DNA from: Iphione sp. A-MEVVRFRX5
Taxonomy: Eukaryota
Direction of reading: 5' to 3'
NCBI GenBank assembly: GCA_976226885.1
Contig: OZ320319.1
Location: 71,610,001 to 71,674,000 of the forward strand
DNA length: 64,000 bases
The first letter of the stretch is position 1. Every line of letters begins with the position of its first letter. Under the pieces are notes generated by a model. It saw nothing but the letters and a program-made list of their open reading frames with translations, was not told the origin of the DNA and did no database searches. Shown here piece after piece: positions 59,248-64,000 of the stretch. The translations under genes were made by a program, and so were the position numbers.

Positions 59248-61057
59248 CTTCACACCATGCATGGTACAGGAAAAAGAACACAAAGCATGCAAAAGGTCAG
59301 ACGACTGGACTTCAGATTTACTGGTTATTTTTTCTCAAAGGACAGACATGTACTATTTGTTGGGAAAGAATCTTACGTTTTCCACCAAAAGGAATTGAGA
59401 AACAGAGAGAGGAGTGTTACAAAACTGCAGAAGGGAAGAGGTAGCAGAACAGAGACACAGAGAGACAAATGGAGAAAGAGAGAGAGAGGGGGGGGAGAGA
59501 GAGAGTGACGGGGAGAGACATTAAGGAAACAAAGAAAAGAGGATGAATAGCACCAAAAAACAGGTGTTTTTACGGATCAAGTAAAGGTAAAGAAATGAAA
59601 GGAGTAAGCTTGAGCAGTTTGAGGGTATGAAAAACTTCATTCTTCAAAGCAGACCTGCTAAGGACAACAAGTGTTTTTGGAAACGTTTTGACTTTATCCT
59701 TTTGAATACCAACGGGTCATTCTTGCCATCGCTTGTTGGTTGGATCACGTTAACATATGGGGAGTCTGTTTGAATTGAAGGAATATATCCTGTATTAGAG
59801 TGTCAATTTAATCCTTAATGGGGCTACCGAAATAATTAGTCAGCTCTTGTAGTTCAGTAAAAATAGATTTATTTTCAGAACTGGCCTATACCTATCATGA
59901 TGAGGCAAACAGCAACTATTTATCTCTTGGTGCATTTTCAGCGAACCTCCTCGTAAACGTAAACTGTAGTTACATAAAAAGGAACTTTTTCGCTAATATC
60001 GCACAATAGAAAACAGAAACCTGGATACATATTTCTTTGGAAATGTTATAAATTTATCCTATTGAATACCACAGGTTATGACGAAGCCCAGGTTAGTTTG
60101 AAGGATGAATCATTCAAATTGCGCGCAATATTCAAATACATTAGGACTATACGTCCATGTGTCCTTAATCGTGATGACTCTTTAATGATCCCTACACAGT
60201 AGAACTTGTCAGCCGTCTGAATGTGCATGAAAGCTAGAATCATAGCATTTTGAATATTTTCCAAAATTAAAGAAATGAATTTTGTGTGTCTATGTGATAA
60301 TTAATGCTCAGATTAATGACACACTGTGGTAAGTGCTATAAATCATGAACATGCATACAAGAATAACACAAATCAATAAGAAACCTGACTTAAATGCCCT
60401 CTGATGTAAACCTCATGATATGGAATCAGTGACTGATGGGTGCTTGAGAATCTCGTGCCATTTGGCAATATTTACTTACAACAGACTTGGTGGGTTGTCG
60501 AATAAGTTAGCAACTACGACATCCACGTCAGCTTGAGGCCAGTCATGTAAAACCACCCTTTCATTAAAACTTGCCGTGGAGTGGATGGCTTCAAACTGTG
60601 CACAGAATGTATAAACACCTGCTCTTCCAAATGGATTTATTCCAAGCAGATTATCTCGTCTCATGATCATAACTAAGTGACCACCGTACTTTCTGAAAAG
60701 GGCCATTCAGCATATCGGAAGGATGTTCGTATATGCACAGTTCCAGCTGTTTTTTACTGATCTTAAAATGCGAGATTCCATATCCTAGGCGTACATCCGG
60801 GATCAAGGCAGGCTCTGATACATCTTGCTCTCAATCACATAACCTGCTGACGTCATCGAGGGACATGGCAAACGTAGCAGGCCCTCTGAGGCTGCAGTCG
60901 GCTGCACCATTCCCCGTTGACCTTAGCGCAGTCATGGAATCGATTTTTTTAAAAAAAATACACACACAATGCACAACCAGGTTCGGAACTGAACAGTCAG
61001 CACACTCTGAAGGGAAGGAGGGAGAGGGTGGGGGTGCGTGATTTAGAGGTGGCCGAC

Positions 61058-61234
61058 CTCCTTGAACTCCTGGATCTGAGCCTGGTTGAAGAGGGCGAAC
61101 ACGTTGGATGTGGCTCGCTGCGCCCGCTTGGGCTCGGCCGGGGCCGGGGCTGGGGCATCTCCGCCCCCGCTCTCCGCCGGAGGCTCCTCGGTCTTCTCCG
61201 ACTTCTTCTTGGACTTCTTCTCTTTCTTCTTCTC
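61058..61234 (-). CDS. MRLC: MRLC alternative N-terminal exon 1b (EKKKEKK...APAPAPAEPKRAQRATSNVFALFNQAQIQEFKE)
   Basis: Bounded by tacacag and gtcggc, 177 nt, phase 0/0. Carries the canonical KRxQRATSNVF site and QIQEFKE. Confidence 0.92.
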
Positions 61235-62232
61235 CTGTGTACAATAAAATGACAATAATGTGCAGGAGGAGAGGTTTAGACTATGGCCATGTGCTCCAGC
61301 TCATCCTGGAAAAAAAACTCACCCTTTCCGAGGTGTCACATCCGGAGGTTTGGAGTTCTGTGAATTGGTGCTGTCCTGTATACAAGCATTCTTCCGAATC
61401 ATAAATCGGTAAGGGATGAAATCTGCAACGTCGTAGGGGCTGGAACTGCCATACTTCTGTGTTGAAATCCGTCATTTTAATAGGTTGGTTTAAAGCCCTG
61501 GTTCTCCATCAATTATCATAAAGAAGTTTGGAAAGTCCAGAACTGTAGCCAACATTCTACACTGGAGGCCCAATGCCTGAGTTGGCTAATGAAAAGCACT
61601 CCTGTTAAGCTTCCTGGCAGGAGATCAGTTTGCATTGATCTGAAAGTTATTAAGAGCTTGCATTAGTGGGACAAAGAAATGTCGGTTAATACAGCTTGGT
61701 TGGCGTCATCTCTTGCTTGTTGGCCTAACCTAGAATTCCTGATAAGATCATCTTGTCCACGTTGCATAATCTAAAGAGAAGAGATGCGGTTGCAACAGAC
61801 TGTTAGCTATTATTGTTGTTCACTGAAGACGTTCACGTGAAGCAAACTGCTGTATGACCTGCCATCCTCAATCTTCTACGCTGACTTCCGATTTCTACCT
61901 GAGAAACCGCATAATCTACATTAAAAATGTCTGTTAAGGGGTCTTATTGGTAACCAGTAGTTCGTGCACCATTGCAAAGAGCCGGTTATATGTGATTAAT
62001 AGTGCGCATGTGCTTGTGTTGAAGAGGAACTTTCCATTGCTGCAGGCAATGGTATGTCCCTCAAGAGACCAGTTCCTGTTGGTGATATATTCTAACCTCT
62101 AGTAACCATGCACATGTATATATCCATATATATATTGTCTGGTAAGTGGGAAATTCCAACGGTCTCCCGTTGGGGGGGGGAGCACCTGTGCTCTGGAGTA
62201 GTTTACTTCCTACAGCCGACCTATGTTTTTAC

Positions 62233-62475
62233 CTCTTTCATCTCCTGGATCTCGGCAGGAGGGAACATAGAGAAGACACTGGAGGTGGAACGGCGCTCGG
62301 CCCTCCGTGGTGGCGGCGGCGGGGGCGGCGAGGGCAGCACGTCTCGGGCGTGGCCGCTGCCCAGGGTTGCTCCAGGGGCCTCCTTCACCCCGCCTGGACG
62401 GGAGTAGGGCCTAGGGGAAGGACCGGTGGGGCTCTTGTCCCTATCCACCTGCCGGTTCCTCACCCTCTGGCTTGC
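62233..62475 (-). CDS. MRLC: MRLC alternative N-terminal exon 1a (ASQRVRNRQ...PPPPPPPRRAERRSTSSVFSMFPPAEIQEMKE)
   Basis: Bounded by gaccag and gtaaaa, 243 nt, phase 0/0. Its 3' end is homologous to exon 1b. The start-codon exon was not identified. Confidence 0.85.
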
Positions 62476-64000
62476 CTGGTCACCATTAACCAAGACAAAG
62501 TCATCAGTTATAGCAGTGGGGAAGATGACCTAAAGATTGCTGACTCTAGCAAATGGGCTAGGTACTTTTGAAAAGAAATAACCCCACCAAACTATTTCCC
62601 TGGAGTTTTATTCCCAAACATTTGCAGGCAAATGCTAGGGAGTGAGCAGTATCTCTTTCTATTATAGACTGACTTAACGTTAAACTAAACATGTAGAATG
62701 TATTTCACTACCACGAATGCAATATTAGTGAGATCGTGGAGTAGTGCTCCTACATCACTATGTGTAACTGAGATGTTTGGTAGATAATTTGACATTCTAC
62801 CTTCATTTGCAGGTTTAGTCTATCTTAAATGAAATTCTCTTGATTCGAAATGTGCGTTATATTCTCTATACACAGTTGTAGGCTTTCTCCACTAGACAAA
62901 CTAAGAGACTAAAATATTGCTGTGCCTCTCTGTCCTATCTATACATGTACATATATGTGAAAATACTGGAGAAAGTAAGTGTGGGTCCGACAAACCGTAT
63001 GATAAAAACTACTTTAACATTTGTCAGCCCAAACCTTTGCTTTAATAAGTATGATCTACTTACAATTGTGCTGATGTAGGCATACTGGGCAGACATACTC
63101 CTCAAGATGGCCAATTGTACAATGTTAACGTCAAAGAGTCAAGAGTGACTTGTATGCAAGTGCGCAACTTTGAAACCGGGGAGATGGTCACTGCGCAACT
63201 ATCTCATGTTTAAATCTTATAACAATACCTTCAGACCCTGGGGATTTGGTGGTTGTAGCCAAGATGGGCTTTGTTTGAGAACTTGTATGTCTATTGGGAG
63301 TATTGCTTCAGGACAATCAGCATTTAATTCATACTTTGACCTGGTCAGATAATGAGGTCTGGTAGAAGGAATAGATGGACTAGACTTAGCGCATCTTAAA
63401 CTATCCTATGTGGAATAAGAAACACATGGAAACAGGAGACAGACAGACAGGCAGGTACTGAGACAGAGAAGCAAAGAAAAATAGAGAAAAGGAACCTAGA
63501 CGCAGAGAGAAATAAGGGCGAATTGGGGGCAGATAGGGGGAGATTAAGGCCATCTGGTGGAGTGGAAAATCTGTCCAGGGTTTCGGTTAGTCTTCAGGGT
63601 TCGGACGAACCCTCCTCGAAACATAACGTCCACCCACATACATCTGTATTTAGTTTTTTTGTCGTTGATGTCCTTCTTGACCTCATAATAAACTCGGCCA
63701 ATATAATTGCACTCCGTTTAGTCTATCCGCTCTCGTTCTGACCTAGGCGGGAACTATTCACTCGAATGCCTGGCCTCATACCAGCACCTCACCTTCACCA
63801 TAGTGTTAAGCCGCTCTCGACAGATGTTCACCTTTAGTATACATTAGTATACACCTTTATCTACCAGGTAACAGGTTTCATCCTTGGTAAAGAAATTATC
63901 AACCTATCAATGACTTCCAATACCGTTGGTATTCGAATTCCCTCATTGTCGAAAGGATATGCAAAGTAATTAAAATGTTTTTACTCTTATTTAATATTCC

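Noticed and set aside
60476-60990. 76-aa minus ORF and upstream frame (FKISKKQLE) suggestive of a decayed transposase
   Set aside because: The resemblance is weak, with stops and a frame change; it cannot be assigned without a profile search.
63063-63686. Two candidate MRLC start exons (MSAQYAYISTI|gtaagt, 63096-63064; MRSRRTSTTKKLNTD|gtatgt, 63686-63642)
   Set aside because: Both are phase 0 and compatible, but neither resembles known RLC N-termini. The true start exon may lie outside the window, and transcript data are needed to decide.

Overview
This is intron-rich metazoan genomic DNA with two N-gaps, probably from an invertebrate judging by the myosin light chain sequence. There are no prokaryotic features, rRNA/tRNA genes or CRISPR arrays. 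Main contents: (1) a DIRS-order (Ngaro-like) retroelement on the minus strand (~10.4-13.3 kb) with intact gag and RT/RNaseH ORFs but no visible tyrosine recombinase; (2) the last three exons of a fucose mutarotase gene (+, 19581-22071); (3) a young, full-length 11.85 kb Ty3/Gypsy LTR retrotransposon (30793-42639) with 548-bp LTRs differing at 3 positions, an ATAT target duplication and a tRNA-Leu PBS; (4) a myosin regulatory light chain gene (-, 46586-62475) with duplicated alternative exons at three consecutive positions (2 x 3 x 2). The Gypsy element is the most unusual part. It has a -1 frameshift signal at gag/pro and a single in-frame TAG followed by a hairpin at pro/pol. Its 3' region carries a divergent pair of accessory genes: a spliced antisense gene (TATA, Kozak ATG, GT-AG introns, AATAAA) and a 655-aa ORF with two C2H2-like fingers. 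Between them lie 14 copies of GGGCCCGA, a motif also clustered in the LTRs. The rest is MITEs, microsatellites and degraded repeats.
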